DNA of 32,000 nucleotides from the NCBI RefSeq assembly GCF_014280175.1, contig NZ_CP047931.1, forward strand, positions 900,001 through 932,000. The letters run 5' to 3'. The notes under the pieces are model-generated. The model was not told where the DNA came from. It saw nothing but the letters and a program-made list of their open reading frames with translations, and ran no database searches. Position 1 is the stretch's first letter; each line of letters starts with the position of its first letter. Origin of the DNA: Synechococcus sp. A15-28. Lineage in GTDB: Bacteria; Cyanobacteriota; Cyanobacteriia; PCC-6307; Cyanobiaceae. Positions 1-9,588 of the stretch are shown here, one piece after another. The position numbers and the translations under genes were made by a program.

Positions 1-114
1 GAACAAGCCGCTGTCCCACTGGGGCAATGGCTGCAGGCCGGCGATGTGGTGCTGCTCAAGGCCAGCCGCGGCGTCGCACTCGAGCGGTTGATCCCCCTGC
101 TGCCTGCGGTTTAG
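1..114 (+). CDS. murF: 3' end of UDP-N-acetylmuramoyl-tripeptide--D-alanyl-D-alanine ligase (MurF), partial
   Basis: Frame 1 reads [37 protein letters not shown] from base 1. The [13 protein letters not shown] motif is the conserved MurF C-terminus. The TAG stop at 112-114 overlaps the glmU stop on the other strand. Confidence 0.6.
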   Translation, partial: EQAAVPLGQWLQAGDVVLLKASRGVALERLIPLLPAV

Positions 115-1463
115 GCCGAACGGTCCGCCCAACCCTCCTTGCTCATCTGCCGGGCGCGACCGATGGCCAGGGCACCATCGGGCACATCCTTGGTGATCGT
201 CGAACCAGCACCAACCGTCACCTTGGCCCCCAGGTTCACCGGGGCCACCAGCACCGAATTGGCACCGGTCTTGCTGCCATCGCCGATCACCGTGCGGTGC
301 TTGCGCACCCCGTCGTAATTGGCGGTGATCGTGCCGGCTCCCACATTGACGTTCTGCCCGAGGCTGGCGTCGCCGATGTAGCTGAGGTGGTTCACCTTGG
401 TGCCAGCCCCCAGCTGACTCTTCTTCACCTCCACGAAGTTGCCGATCCGGCAACCATCGCCGACATCCGCGGCGGGGCGCAGGTGCGCAAAAGGGCCGAT
501 GGCGACACCGTTCCCCACCGTTGCCTCCCGAATGACGGACTGCAGCACGGTGACGTTGTTGCCGAGCTCTGCATCCTCCAGCAGGCTGCCGGGTCCAAGG
601 CGGCAGTTGTCGCCGATCCGGCAAACACCGCGCAGATGGGTTTGCGGTTCGATCACCACATCGCGACCGAATCGGCAGTTCTCGCTGAGGGTGCAGCTGC
701 CTGGATCGACGAAGGTGACGCCCTCCGCCATCCAGTGGTCCCGCAGGCGCTGCTGCAACACCGCTTCGCACTGGGCCAGCTGCTTGCGGTTGTTGATGCC
801 GTTCACCTCATCGGGATCGGCGACTTCCACATGCATGGCCAGCGGCAGCATCGCCACGGTGTCCGTCAGGTAGAGCTCCCCCTGATCGTTGTCCGAGCTC
901 AGCTTCGGCAGCACCTCCGCCAGGGCCCGCCAGTTGAAGCAGTAGATGCCCGCGTTGGTGAGATTGTTGCCCCGCTGCTCCTCGGAGCAGTCGCGGTGCT
1001 CAACGATGCCGCTCACCTTGCCCTCGGCATCGGCAAACACCCGTCCATACCCCGTCGGGTCCTCCAGCCGAGCTGTCAGCAGGGTCACATCCGCCCCGCT
1101 GCGTCTGTGACCGCTCACCAGGGAATCAATCGTCTCCGCCCGCAGCAGGGGAACGTCGCCGTTGAGCACCAGAAGTTCACCCTCGAACCCCTCCATCACC
1201 GGCAGCAACTGCTGAACTGCATGGCCGGTGCCGTTCTGGGGCTGCTGCAGCACTAATTCCAGTCCGCCGATGGCTGAGAGCTGCTCCTCCACCCGTTCGG
1301 CCTGATGCCCCACGATCAGCAGGCATCGTTCCGGCTGAAGGTTGGCGGCACTGGCGAGCACCCGTTCCACGAGGGTGGCGCCGGCCAGGGGTTGCAGCAC
1401 CTTGGGCAGAGCGCTCTTCATCCGGGTGCCCTTTCCAGCGGCCAGAACGGCGACGGCAAGCAT
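111..1463 (-). CDS. glmU: Bifunctional N-acetylglucosamine-1-phosphate uridyltransferase / glucosamine-1-phosphate acetyltransferase
   Basis: 450-aa ORF. The N-terminus [17 protein letters not shown] carries the nucleotidyltransferase LAAGKGTRM motif. The C-terminal half has left-handed beta-helix hexapeptide repeats ([15 protein letters not shown]). Confidence 0.95.
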   Translation of the reverse strand: MLAVAVLAAGKGTRMKSALPKVLQPLAGATLVERVLASAANLQPERCLLIVGHQAERVEEQLSAIGGLELVLQQPQNGTGHAVQQLLPVMEGFEGELLVLNGDVPLLRAETIDSLVSGHRRSGADVTLLTARLEDPTGYGRVFADAEGKVSGIVEHRDCSEEQRGNNLTNAGIYCFNWRALAEVLPKLSSDNDQGELYLTDTVAMLPLAMHVEVADPDEVNGINNRKQLAQCEAVLQQRLRDHWMAEGVTFVDPGSCTLSENCRFGRDVVIEPQTHLRGVCRIGDNCRLGPGSLLEDAELGNNVTVLQSVIREATVGNGVAIGPFAHLRPAADVGDGCRIGNFVEVKKSQLGAGTKVNHLSYIGDASLGQNVNVGAGTITANYDGVRKHRTVIGDGSKTGANSVLVAPVNLGAKVTVGAGSTITKDVPDGALAIGRARQMSKEGWADRSA

Positions 1464-1620
1464 TAGGAGTGAACAGCAAGGAAAGGAATCTACCTTTCTT
1501 TAGATGATCATGTCAGGATCATGAGTCAAGTTTGAGATGAGTGGAACGGCGTTCGGTTGACGTTTTGAAAACTCGCAATCAGTATTAGCGAGATTCCACG
1601 TTAAGAGTAGATCATTTGCG

Positions 1621-3016
1621 ATGGCAACTTTACGTCTTCCGACTACAGGCTCAGTTGTGACTGGTACGCAGCAGGATGATCTGTTGATTATTCCTTCTGG
1701 TTTTGCTCATTCCTCTAAATTCCTTGCCGAAGCTGGCTCTGACAGTGTCTAATTCTCTGTTGGTATACTTTCTGCAATTGATTTCAATGTTCAATTGCAA
1801 GGTGGTCCAGATAAATTTGTTGTCAGCGGTATTACCTTAAAGAGTTCTATTGTAAATGGTGGTGCTGGTTCAGACGTTATAGAATTTTGGATTCAAATGT
1901 TACCGCTATAACTGTTTATGGTGGATATGGAAGTGATGTAATACATGCAAAGTCTTCGAATCTCTCAAATGTTAGGGCGGGTGCAGGTGCGGATATTATC
2001 TCGACTGAAACAGGAAGTAAGTTGACAGCAGAATCGACTCAGATTCTTATGGGCGCTGGAAAAGATACTTTGACTATTGCTGATTCAAATGGTTCGGCAA
2101 GTGATCTAGACAAGTTGACAATTGCTGGTGGTGGTGGTGATTTGATTTCTCTGAAAATAGCACATCTGTCTCGAATTTGTATATTCATGGGGATGCGTCA
2201 GGTGCTTCGGGTGATGATAAAATTGATTTGATTCTTACTTCATAAAATCTTACCGTTTTGGGTGGAGGCGGTCGGGATACTATTGAGGTATCAGGTTCAG
2301 TTCTGGGCAATTCGAAAATTGCTGGTTTAGCTGGAGCTGACTCAATTGTATTGTCCGCTGTTTTCGAAGCGGATAACGGTTTGAGTGTGCTCGGTGGGGC
2401 TGGTAAAGATTCTATCTCTATCCTTTCAGCCTTCACATCTCATGGTCTTGTTCATGGAGGGAATGGCTCTGATTCAATTTCGTTAATTTTTGATCAGGAT
2501 ATTGTTAATAGTTTGAGCACGGTTGTGGGTGGATTGGGGTCAGATACGGTGCACTTTGATGTTGCGAATATTTCCGCTGCAGCCCAAAACGGCGTGGGTT
2601 TTATTATTTGTATCGACTCGCTTAATGACTCAAATGTAGAGAATCCAGATTTGTATCTTTATAGCAATAGCGAAACTGGGCTGTTGTCCGGTACAAAATT
2701 TGCTGTGAATTTGCCTGATGCTCTTGTGCCTTTCCCTGCAGCCGCAAGTTCTGGTGATCGGCTGAATGTTTCTGCTGGGGTTGCTACCTTTTCGGCTTTG
2801 GACTCTATAGGCGAAAGAGTGTCAATCCTGGATGCACAATTGAGCACTGTTGGTGAATGCGTGGTGTTTAAAGATATTGATTCCAATGCTGGATATTTGT
2901 TTGTTCAAGGGGGTAGCTCTGATTTGTTGCTGAAGTTTGAAAATCAGACTGGCTCGATCGAAAACTTGTCACTTATGAGTGGCAATGAGCAAAGGGTGGA
3001 TTTATTGCTCGGATAG
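1621..3016 (+). pseudogene. Disrupted GGxGxD (RTX/beta-roll-like) repeat surface or secreted protein gene
   Basis: The reading frame can be followed from ATG 1621. Frame 1 runs to an in-frame TAA at 1750-1752 and resumes to about 1884. It shifts to frame 3 for 1887-2150, then to frame 2 from 2153, with a second in-frame TAA at 2243-2245 and the final stop at 3016. About ten G-G-x-G-x-D-x-[IVL] units occur across all fragments: GGAGSDVI, GGYGSDVI, AGAGADII, GAGKDTL, GGGGDLI, GGGGRDTI, LAGADSI, GGAGKDSI, GGNGSDSI, GGLGSDTV. Confidence 0.6.
2258..3016 (+). CDS. Largest intact fragment of the disrupted repeat gene (an annotator might call it a hypothetical protein)
   Basis: 252-aa ORF from the track, beginning at a TTG with no nearby ATG. 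The upstream in-frame sequence (NLTVL) continues the repeat pattern, so it is more likely the C-terminal part of the 1621-3016 pseudogene than an independent gene. Confidence 0.4.
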   Translation: MGGGGRDTIEVSGSVLGNSKIAGLAGADSIVLSAVFEADNGLSVLGGAGKDSISILSAFTSHGLVHGGNGSDSISLIFDQDIVNSLSTVVGGLGSDTVHFDVANISAAAQNGVGFIICIDSLNDSNVENPDLYLYSNSETGLLSGTKFAVNLPDALVPFPAAASSGDRLNVSAGVATFSALDSIGERVSILDAQLSTVGECVVFKDIDSNAGYLFVQGGSSDLLLKFENQTGSIENLSLMSGNEQRVDLLLG

Positions 3017-3019
3017 TTT

Positions 3020-3949
3020 TTAGGATTGGATTGATTCTTCGTAGCGATTCTTCCAGCGCCTTTGCCAGGCATTGGTAGGCTCATAGCCGCAATGCTCCTG
3101 TTCAACTCGGCGTCGCTCAAGGATGGCGTCTGCTGTGGCGTTGCCCTGGGGATCTCGAAACGGCACGGCCGCCCGCGTCTGTAGGTGTTGCCACTCCATC
3201 GCCGAGAGGGGGCGCCAACCTGGGCCCTCCAGAGGAGTGCCTGAGTCTGCTGGAGTGGCCATCGTGCCGCTGCTCCAGCCGATCCGTTCCCCCGGGGCCG
3301 GCAGCAGCGAGTACAGCTGGAGTCCGGCTCGCTGAAGGCTGGCCCGCACCGCCGCCGAGCGGCTGTAAGTGAGCAGCCTTCCCCCTGCTGCCAACCGCTG
3401 CGACAGGCCCGCGAGGAAGTCCTCCGTCCATAGCTCCGGGCAGCGTTGGGGGGAAAACGCGTCCTGCAGGATCAGGTCAAATCTCTGTGGTTCAGGGATT
3501 GTTGCCAGGGTCGCTCTGGCATCTCCCCAGAGCTGATGTCCAATGTTCGGTGGGTCATTCCAGCCATCGCTGGTGTGGATCGCCTCCAGCCGCTGAAGCA
3601 CCTCCGCACTCCAGAGGCCGCGGAATGTCGGTTGTTCCAGGGCCAGTTGCAGGGGGCGACGATCCAGCTCCAGTCCCCACCACTCCATGGCTGGGGCTTG
3701 CTCGGGCAGGTCTTCCAGGATGACCGCTGTGTTGTAGCCGAGGCCGACGCAGACATCGAGGATCCTGAGACGATCGGACCTTCGGAAGCGGTCGAGCTCA
3801 GCGGGCCTCGAGAACTTCGCCCGCGCTTCATTCAGGGCACCGGCGGAATTGTGGAAGGCCTCTCCGAACCGTGCGCTTTCCAGACTGAAACTGCCGTCGG
3901 CCGTGGGGTAGGGCCGCAGGCCGTCGGCGTCAGCAGCGGAGCCGGTCAA
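3020..3949 (-). CDS. MnmC/MnmD-like SAM-dependent tRNA methyltransferase-domain protein (DUF752-type)
   Basis: 309-aa ORF. The pattern [31 protein letters not shown] ... [11 protein letters not shown] ... [19 protein letters not shown] matches the standalone MnmC methyltransferase-domain family. Its 5' end overlaps the aroA 3' end by 20 nt. Confidence 0.75.
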   Translation of the reverse strand: MTGSAADADGLRPYPTADGSFSLESARFGEAFHNSAGALNEARAKFSRPAELDRFRRSDRLRILDVCVGLGYNTAVILEDLPEQAPAMEWWGLELDRRPLQLALEQPTFRGLWSAEVLQRLEAIHTSDGWNDPPNIGHQLWGDARATLATIPEPQRFDLILQDAFSPQRCPELWTEDFLAGLSQRLAAGGRLLTYSRSAAVRASLQRAGLQLYSLLPAPGERIGWSSGTMATPADSGTPLEGPGWRPLSAMEWQHLQTRAAVPFRDPQGNATADAILERRRVEQEHCGYEPTNAWQRRWKNRYEESIQS

Positions 3950-5255
3950 GGTCGTCCCAGAAGCTGGGGTAGCTCACGGCTGCCGCATCGCTGCGCTGCA
4001 GGGTGGAATCCCCTGCGGCCAGCAGGGAGGCCACCGCCAGGCTCATGGCCACCCGGTGGTCCGTTTCACTGTCAAGAGCAGCGCCTTTCAGTGGCCGTCC
4101 GCCGCGGATGGTCATGCCGTCGTCGTGCTCGTCGATGTCGGCTCCCATGGCCTTGAGCTGGCGCGCCATCACCGCCAGACGATCCGTCTCTTTAACGCGC
4201 AATTCAGAAGCGCCGCTGATCCGGCTTTCCCCATCGCAGAAGCAGGCGGCAACGCTGAGGATCGGAACTTCATCGACGAGACGCGGCATGATCTCTTCGC
4301 CGAAGGCAAAGGGCTTCAGCGGTCCATGGGTGATCCGCAGGTCCCCCACCGGTTCGCCCGCTACATCGCGGCGGTTCAGTACCTCGAGCGACGCCTCCAT
4401 CTGCTCCAGCACTTCGAGAATCCCCGTGCGGGTGGGATTGAGACCGACGTTTTCAACGGTGATATCCGCGCCGGGCACCAAGGCACCGGCCACCAGCCAG
4501 AAGGCAGCGGAACTGATGTCCCCCGGGACGACGACCTGTTGTCCCTGCATGGCGTTGCCAGGGCGAACGGTGATGTGACGACCCATCTCGCCTCCTACCT
4601 CCAGATCGGCACCAAAGGCCCGCAACATCCGCTCGCTGTGGTCGCGGGACTGGGCGGGCTCGATCACGGTGGTGGTTCCGTCGGCGGTCAGGGCCGCCAG
4701 CAGCAGGGCTGATTTCACCTGGGCACTGGCCACCGGTGTTCCGATCACCGTTCCCCGCAGGCTTTGCCCCTGCACCGCCAAGGGGGCGAGATTGCCACCA
4801 TCACGGCCCCGAACATCAGCTCCCATCGAGGCCAGGGGCTGACCGACCCTGCGCATGGGTCGTCTACGAAGCGAGGCATCGCCATCCAGGACGAAGTGAC
4901 GTCCTGCCCGACCCGCCAGTAACCCCAGCATCAACCGCATGGTGGTGCCGGAGTTGCCGCAATCGAGAACTTCAGCCGGTTCCTGCAGTCCATCCAGGCC
5001 GACTCCTTCAACGGTGACGAGACCGCCGGCTTCGATCGGGCTGATGCGGACCCCCATCGCCCTCAGGCAAGCGGCGGTGCTGATGGGATCCTCCGCTGGC
5101 AGCAAGCCATCAATGGTGGTGGTGCCCTCCGCGATGGCACCGAAGAGCAGGGAGCGATGGGAGATTGATTTGTCTCCCGGCACTTTCACGCGACCGGACA
5201 GTGATCCGCCAGCCTTGAGCTCACGGGGAGAATGAGAGTGGCCGGTGGCGCTCAA
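3930..5255 (-). CDS. aroA: 3-phosphoshikimate 1-carboxyvinyltransferase (EPSP synthase)
   Basis: 441-aa ORF with the [20 protein letters not shown] motif, [13 protein letters not shown] and the C-terminal DHRVAMS motif typical of AroA. Confidence 0.95.
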   Translation of the reverse strand: MSATGHSHSPRELKAGGSLSGRVKVPGDKSISHRSLLFGAIAEGTTTIDGLLPAEDPISTAACLRAMGVRISPIEAGGLVTVEGVGLDGLQEPAEVLDCGNSGTTMRLMLGLLAGRAGRHFVLDGDASLRRRPMRRVGQPLASMGADVRGRDGGNLAPLAVQGQSLRGTVIGTPVASAQVKSALLLAALTADGTTTVIEPAQSRDHSERMLRAFGADLEVGGEMGRHITVRPGNAMQGQQVVVPGDISSAAFWLVAGALVPGADITVENVGLNPTRTGILEVLEQMEASLEVLNRRDVAGEPVGDLRITHGPLKPFAFGEEIMPRLVDEVPILSVAACFCDGESRISGASELRVKETDRLAVMARQLKAMGADIDEHDDGMTIRGGRPLKGAALDSETDHRVAMSLAVASLLAAGDSTLQRSDAAAVSYPSFWDDLDRLRC

Positions 5256-5279
5256 GACGGATCCGTTGTTGGGCCGATC

Positions 5280-6842
5280 CTATGGGCTGGTCTTCAGGCC
5301 CTGGATCAGGCGATCCAGGGCGTAGCCGAACAGGCTGGGATCGGGCTCGTCATCCCCGAGATCATCCAGTCCCAGTTCGGACCAGCGCGCCGACACCCGT
5401 GCCTCCAGGTCCGCTGGTCGGCTCAGCGGTTCCCCCCATTCGTGGTTCTTCTCAGGACCCACCTTGGTGGTGGCGTCAATGGCCAGTCGGCCGCCGAGTC
5501 CCAGTTGCTCACTGGCGAAATCAAGGCTGTCGAAGGGGGTGTCCGCCAGGGTGAACAGGTCCCTCTGGGGGTCCACCTGCGCCGCGATCGCCCACACCAC
5601 CTGGCGCGGGTCGCGCACATTGATGTGGCTGTCCACCACCACCACGAACTTGGTGTAAGTGAACTGGGGCAGGGCACTCCAGAAGGCCATGGCCGCGCGC
5701 TTGGCCTGGCCCGGATACGCCTTGTCGATGGAGATCACCGCCAGCTTGTAGCTGAGGGCTTCCATCGGCAGGAAGAAGTCCGTGATCTCCGGGATCTGCT
5801 GCCGCAGGATCGGGGTGTAGATCCGGTTCAGAGCGATGGCCAGCATCGCCTCTTCCTTTGGTGGCCTGCCGCTGAAGGTGGTGAGGAACACCGGATCCCG
5901 ACGCTGGGTCATGCAGTGGAAGCGCACCAGCGGAGAGTCCTCCACGCCCCCGTAAAACCCCATGTGATCGCCGAAGGGGCCGTCGGGCAGCACCTCACCC
6001 GGGGTGATCGTTCCCTCCAGCACCACTTCGCTGTGGCTGGGTACTTGCAGGTCGATGGTCTTGCAGGGGGTGAGACGCACGCCCTCGCCGGCGTAAATCC
6101 CGGCAAACAGCCATTCACTCAGTTGAACGGGAATCGGGGTGGCGGCCGCCATCACCAGCAGCGGGTGCACGCCGATGGCCACCGCAACCTCAAGTTTTTT
6201 GCCCATGGCGGCTGCCTTTCGCAGGTGACGGGCACCGCCCCGCACGCTGAGCCAATGCACGGTCATCGTGTTCACCGACTGCCTCTGGAGCCGGTAGACG
6301 CCCACATTCGGAACGCCGGTTTCCGGATCCTTGGTGATCACCAACCCAAGCGTGATGACGCCGCCAGCGTCCCCTGGCCAGGGACGAATCAACGGGATGT
6401 TGTCGAGATTGACGGCATCGCCTTTGAAGATCTGCTGCCGGCAGGGGGGGGTGAGGTCGCGGTCCGGTTTTGCTTTGACCAGATCCCAGAACACCCGGGC
6501 AAATTGCTTGGTTTCGCTGAGTCCCTTGGGAGGGCGGGGTTGCTGCAGGAGGGCCAGCCTGGATCCAAGCTCCTCCAGCTGCTCGGCCCGCTCAAGGCCC
6601 ATGCTCCAGACCACGCGTTCGACGGTGCCCAGGGTGTTCACCGCCACCGGCATGGATGATCCGATGACGTTCTCGAACAACAGGGCGGGTCCGCCCTGGG
6701 ACAGCACGCGGTCGGCGATGGCCGCCAGCTCAAGATCAGGGTCGACGGGAGCCGTGATCCGCTTCAGCTGTCCGCGCTGATCCAGCAGTTCAAGGAATCC
6801 GCGCAGGTCGCGGGTGGCCGGGCCAGATCGGAACAGGGCCAT
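5280..6842 (-). CDS. ubiD: UbiD-family (4-hydroxy-3-polyprenylbenzoate-type) decarboxylase
   Basis: The ORF is open to 6908. The ATG at 6842 gives [38 protein letters not shown], which aligns with the canonical UbiD N-terminus (DLRDFL..LE..GELKRI). The longer version would overlap the divergent comB start. Confidence 0.9.
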   Translation of the reverse strand: MALFRSGPATRDLRGFLELLDQRGQLKRITAPVDPDLELAAIADRVLSQGGPALLFENVIGSSMPVAVNTLGTVERVVWSMGLERAEQLEELGSRLALLQQPRPPKGLSETKQFARVFWDLVKAKPDRDLTPPCRQQIFKGDAVNLDNIPLIRPWPGDAGGVITLGLVITKDPETGVPNVGVYRLQRQSVNTMTVHWLSVRGGARHLRKAAAMGKKLEVAVAIGVHPLLVMAAATPIPVQLSEWLFAGIYAGEGVRLTPCKTIDLQVPSHSEVVLEGTITPGEVLPDGPFGDHMGFYGGVEDSPLVRFHCMTQRRDPVFLTTFSGRPPKEEAMLAIALNRIYTPILRQQIPEITDFFLPMEALSYKLAVISIDKAYPGQAKRAAMAFWSALPQFTYTKFVVVVDSHINVRDPRQVVWAIAAQVDPQRDLFTLADTPFDSLDFASEQLGLGGRLAIDATTKVGPEKNHEWGEPLSRPADLEARVSARWSELGLDDLGDDEPDPSLFGYALDRLIQGLKTSP

Positions 6843-6906
6843 GGAGGCGACGAGGGGATCACAGGCGATCTCGGTACTGTGTCGCACGCCGATGATGAGC
6901 GTGGCC

Positions 6907-7635
6907 ATGCAGATTTCCTATTTCCACGTTCCGGCGCAGATGCCGGCCGATGCCAGCCCCGATGCGGCGGTGGTGATCGATGTGCTGCGCGCCACCACCA
7001 CCATCGCCTGGGCGCTGCATCACGGAGCGGAAGCGGTGCAGGCCTTCGCCGACCTCGACGATCTGCGGGCAGCCGCTGAGGCCTGGCCGGCCGACCGCCG
7101 CCTTCTGCTGGGCGAACGAGGGGGCCAGACCCTGGCGGGCTTCGACCTCGGCAACTCCCCTGTGGCCGTCGTCCCCGCCACCGTTGCCGGCAAACGCCTG
7201 TTCATGAGCACCACCAACGGCACCCGCGCCCTGGATCGGGTCCGTCAAGTGCCGTTGCTGCTCACCGCTTCTCTGCCGAACCGAGACGCGGTCGCCCAGC
7301 GACTTCTGAAGGAGTCACCCAAAACCGTGGCGATTGTGGGCAGCGGTTGGGAAGGCACCTATTCCCTCGAAGATTCCCTGGCCGCCGGAGCTCTGACGGC
7401 ACGGCTGCAGGAACTGGATGAAGCGGTGACGGTCGCCAACGACGAGGCCACAGCAGCGGTGGCCCTCTGGCAGCAGTGGCGTCACGATCCGGAAGCCTGT
7501 CTGCGCACGGCCAGTCATGGGCAGCGGTTGATCCGGCTCGGCGACCATGAAGACGACTTCCGCTGCTGTGCCGGTCTGGATCAGTTGGATGTCGTTCCCA
7601 CGCAACAGTCGCCAGGAGTGCTGCAGGCGATCTGA
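6907..7635 (+). CDS. comB: 2-phosphosulfolactate phosphatase (ComB) family protein
   Basis: From ATG 6907: [13 protein letters not shown]...[18 protein letters not shown]..., the [10 protein letters not shown] motif of the ComB family. The track ORF start at 6814 is an upstream extension that overlaps ubiD. Confidence 0.8.
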   Translation: MQISYFHVPAQMPADASPDAAVVIDVLRATTTIAWALHHGAEAVQAFADLDDLRAAAEAWPADRRLLLGERGGQTLAGFDLGNSPVAVVPATVAGKRLFMSTTNGTRALDRVRQVPLLLTASLPNRDAVAQRLLKESPKTVAIVGSGWEGTYSLEDSLAAGALTARLQELDEAVTVANDEATAAVALWQQWRHDPEACLRTASHGQRLIRLGDHEDDFRCCAGLDQLDVVPTQQSPGVLQAI

Positions 7636-7669
7636 ACGCCCCTAAAGTCCGACTCAATCTCCAGATCCC

Positions 7670-8491
7670 GTGAACGACTTCCTGGCGGCTGCCGTGCAGC
7701 TCACGAGCAGCCAGGACCCGGATCGCAATTTCAATGCCGCCGAGGAGCAGATCGATCTGGCGGCTCGTCGTGGTGCGGATCTGGTGGGACTACCCGAGAA
7801 CTTCGCGTTCATGGGCGAGGACAGCCGCCGACTTGAGCTGGCGTCCGACCTCGCTGAGCGTTGCAGCCGCTTTCTGGTAACGATGGCGCGGCGCTACCAG
7901 GTGGTGCTGCTGGGCGGAGGCTTCCCGGCACCGGTGGGCGATGGCTCCAGAACCCTGAACAGGGCGGAACTGGTGGACCGGGATGGTCAGCTGCTCGCCC
8001 GCTACGACAAGATCCATCTGTTTGATGTTGATCTGCCCGACGGGAACACCTACTGCGAGTCGGCAACGGTGAATGCGGGCCAGACGTTGCCCCCTGTGGT
8101 CGACGTTCCCGGTCTTTGCAAGGTGGGGCTGTCCATTTGCTACGACGTTCGTTTTCCTGAGCTCTACAGACATCTCATCGGTGCCGGCGCCGATCTGCTG
8201 ATGATTCCAGCTGCCTTCACCGCCTTCACCGGCAAGGACCACTGGCAAGTGCTGCTTCAGGCCAGGGCCATCGAGAACACCGCCTATGTGCTGGCTCCCG
8301 CGCAGACCGGATTGCACTACGGGCGTCGTCAAACCCATGGTCACGCCATGGTGATTGATCCCTGGGGCACGGTGCTGGCCGATGCGGGCGTGTTGCCCGG
8401 AGCCGCAATTGCCCCCGTCAACACGGCGCATCAGGGCCACGTCCGGGACCAGATGCCCAGCCTGCGTCACCGCAGGCCGGCACTGTTCTGA
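7670..8491 (+). CDS. Carbon-nitrogen hydrolase (nitrilase superfamily, Nit-like amidase)
   Basis: 273-aa ORF with a GTG start. It has the LPENF motif (catalytic Glu), YDKIHLFDV (Lys) and VGLSICYDVRFPELY (Cys) of the nitrilase-superfamily triad. Confidence 0.85.
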   Translation: MNDFLAAAVQLTSSQDPDRNFNAAEEQIDLAARRGADLVGLPENFAFMGEDSRRLELASDLAERCSRFLVTMARRYQVVLLGGGFPAPVGDGSRTLNRAELVDRDGQLLARYDKIHLFDVDLPDGNTYCESATVNAGQTLPPVVDVPGLCKVGLSICYDVRFPELYRHLIGAGADLLMIPAAFTAFTGKDHWQVLLQARAIENTAYVLAPAQTGLHYGRRQTHGHAMVIDPWGTVLADAGVLPGAAIAPVNTAHQGHVRDQMPSLRHRRPALF

Positions 8492-8496
8492 CGTCG

Positions 8497-9588
8497 ATGC
8501 CTGCGGCAACACCCCGCCGATGGCGCTGTCTTGCGGCAGTGGCCTTGCAGCTCTGTCTGCTGCTGCCGTCGTTGCCGGCTCAGGCGGCCAGTGCCCTGGC
8601 GGCATGGGCGCTCACTGAAAATGGCACCCTGCAGTTGCGGACCAGCCGCAATGCCAGGTTGCAGGCTTTTTTTCAGGATGCCAGCGACGGCCGTGGCACC
8701 CGTGTCTGGATCGACTTCCCCGGTGAGCTGCGCTTCCCCCGTCGACTGACGGGTCGCGGCGCGGTCAAGGAGATCCGCCTGGGGAAGCCCAGGCCTGGGG
8801 CCACGCGGTTGGTGGTGGAGTTCCGGCCCGGTGTCGAACTCGATCCCAATCAGCTGAAGCTGAGGGGGACAGCCCCCGATCGCTGGGAGCTGACCTTCAC
8901 CGGCTTGCCGACCCGGGGGCTGGATGATCTGGGTGAAGGGGACCTCACCGGCCGAGCCACGGCCTGGCGACCCCCCGGCCGCTTTGCACCAAGTCGCACG
9001 CCGGTGGATCCATCCGGGCTGCCCACCGTGGCTCGCGACCGCTACAAAGTCGTCATCGACCCTGGCCACGGAGGACCGGATCCTGGCGCTGTCGGCATCG
9101 GCGGTCTGCGGGAGACCGATGTCGTGCTGGATGTGTCTCTGCAGGTGGCGGCTCTGCTGCGGGCCCGCGGCGTTGATGTGTTGCTGACGCGTATGGGTGA
9201 CGTGGATGTCGATCTACCGCCGCGGGTCTCCCTGGCAAATCGATCGTCCGCCTCCGCTTTCATCAGCATCCATGCCAATGCCCTCAGCATGCGGCGCCAG
9301 GACGTGAACGGCATTGAGACCTTTTTCTTCTCCGACCCCCGATCCGGCCGCTTGGCCGGCTACCTGCAGCAGCAGATGATGGATGTCTCTCCTGGAACCC
9401 CGAACCGAGGGGTCCGCCGGGGCCGCTTTTTCGTGATCCGTAGGACGGTGATGCCGGCTGCGTTGGTGGAGATGGGTTTTGTGACCGGGGCGATCGATGG
9501 TCCCCGCCTCGCCAGAGCCGACCATCGGCGGCGCCTGGCCCTGGCTCTGGCGACGGGGATCCTCAACTACCTGCGCCAGGATGTGTGA
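8497..9588 (+). CDS. amiC: N-acetylmuramoyl-L-alanine amidase with N-terminal AMIN-like domain and signal peptide
   Basis: 363-aa ORF. It has a hydrophobic signal (LLLPSLPAQAAS) and an Amidase_3 core (VVIDPGHGGPDPGAVG ... FISIHANA ... VEMGFVT). Confidence 0.9.
   Translation: MPAATPRRWRCLAAVALQLCLLLPSLPAQAASALAAWALTENGTLQLRTSRNARLQAFFQDASDGRGTRVWIDFPGELRFPRRLTGRGAVKEIRLGKPRPGATRLVVEFRPGVELDPNQLKLRGTAPDRWELTFTGLPTRGLDDLGEGDLTGRATAWRPPGRFAPSRTPVDPSGLPTVARDRYKVVIDPGHGGPDPGAVGIGGLRETDVVLDVSLQVAALLRARGVDVLLTRMGDVDVDLPPRVSLANRSSASAFISIHANALSMRRQDVNGIETFFFSDPRSGRLAGYLQQQMMDVSPGTPNRGVRRGRFFVIRRTVMPAALVEMGFVTGAIDGPRLARADHRRRLALALATGILNYLRQDV

Larger units (their letters stand above)
1465..3019. other. 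Low-GC genomic islet between glmU and the mnmC-like gene
   Basis: Hand count of bases 1861-1920 gives 22/60 GC, against 37/60 for typical core lines such as 27421-27480. The drop begins right after the glmU start codon and ends at the stop of the next core gene. Confidence 0.8.

Noticed and set aside
27-1256. Long ORFs antisense to confidently identified genes. Examples: 27-1256(+) opposite glmU, 5232-6659(+) opposite ubiD, 7790-8605(-), 12984-13823(-), 15346-16305(-), 22468-23523(-) opposite all of trpD, 23570-24709(-) opposite all of carA, 25749-26600(-), 27733-28710(-) opposite gatA, and 28937-29854(-) opposite dnaE.
   Set aside because: Stop-codon depletion on the antisense strand is expected in 60% GC coding DNA. 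The translations are Arg/Gly/Pro/His-rich low-complexity with no recognisable motifs, while the opposite strand in each case carries clear family motifs.
1557-1588. A sigma70-type promoter for the islet gene (TTGACG at 1557-1562 with CAGTAT or TATTAG downstream).
   Set aside because: Spacing is 17 nt to a poor -10 (CAGTAT, 3 of 6 matches) or 20 nt to TATTAG. Neither combination is convincing without TSS data.
5583-5590. HIP1-type GCGATCGC palindromes (for example 5583-5590, about 18176, about 31259) as a repeat family.
   Set aside because: I saw only a handful of copies, all inside coding regions. That is consistent with background occurrence in a cyanobacterial genome, with no local clustering.
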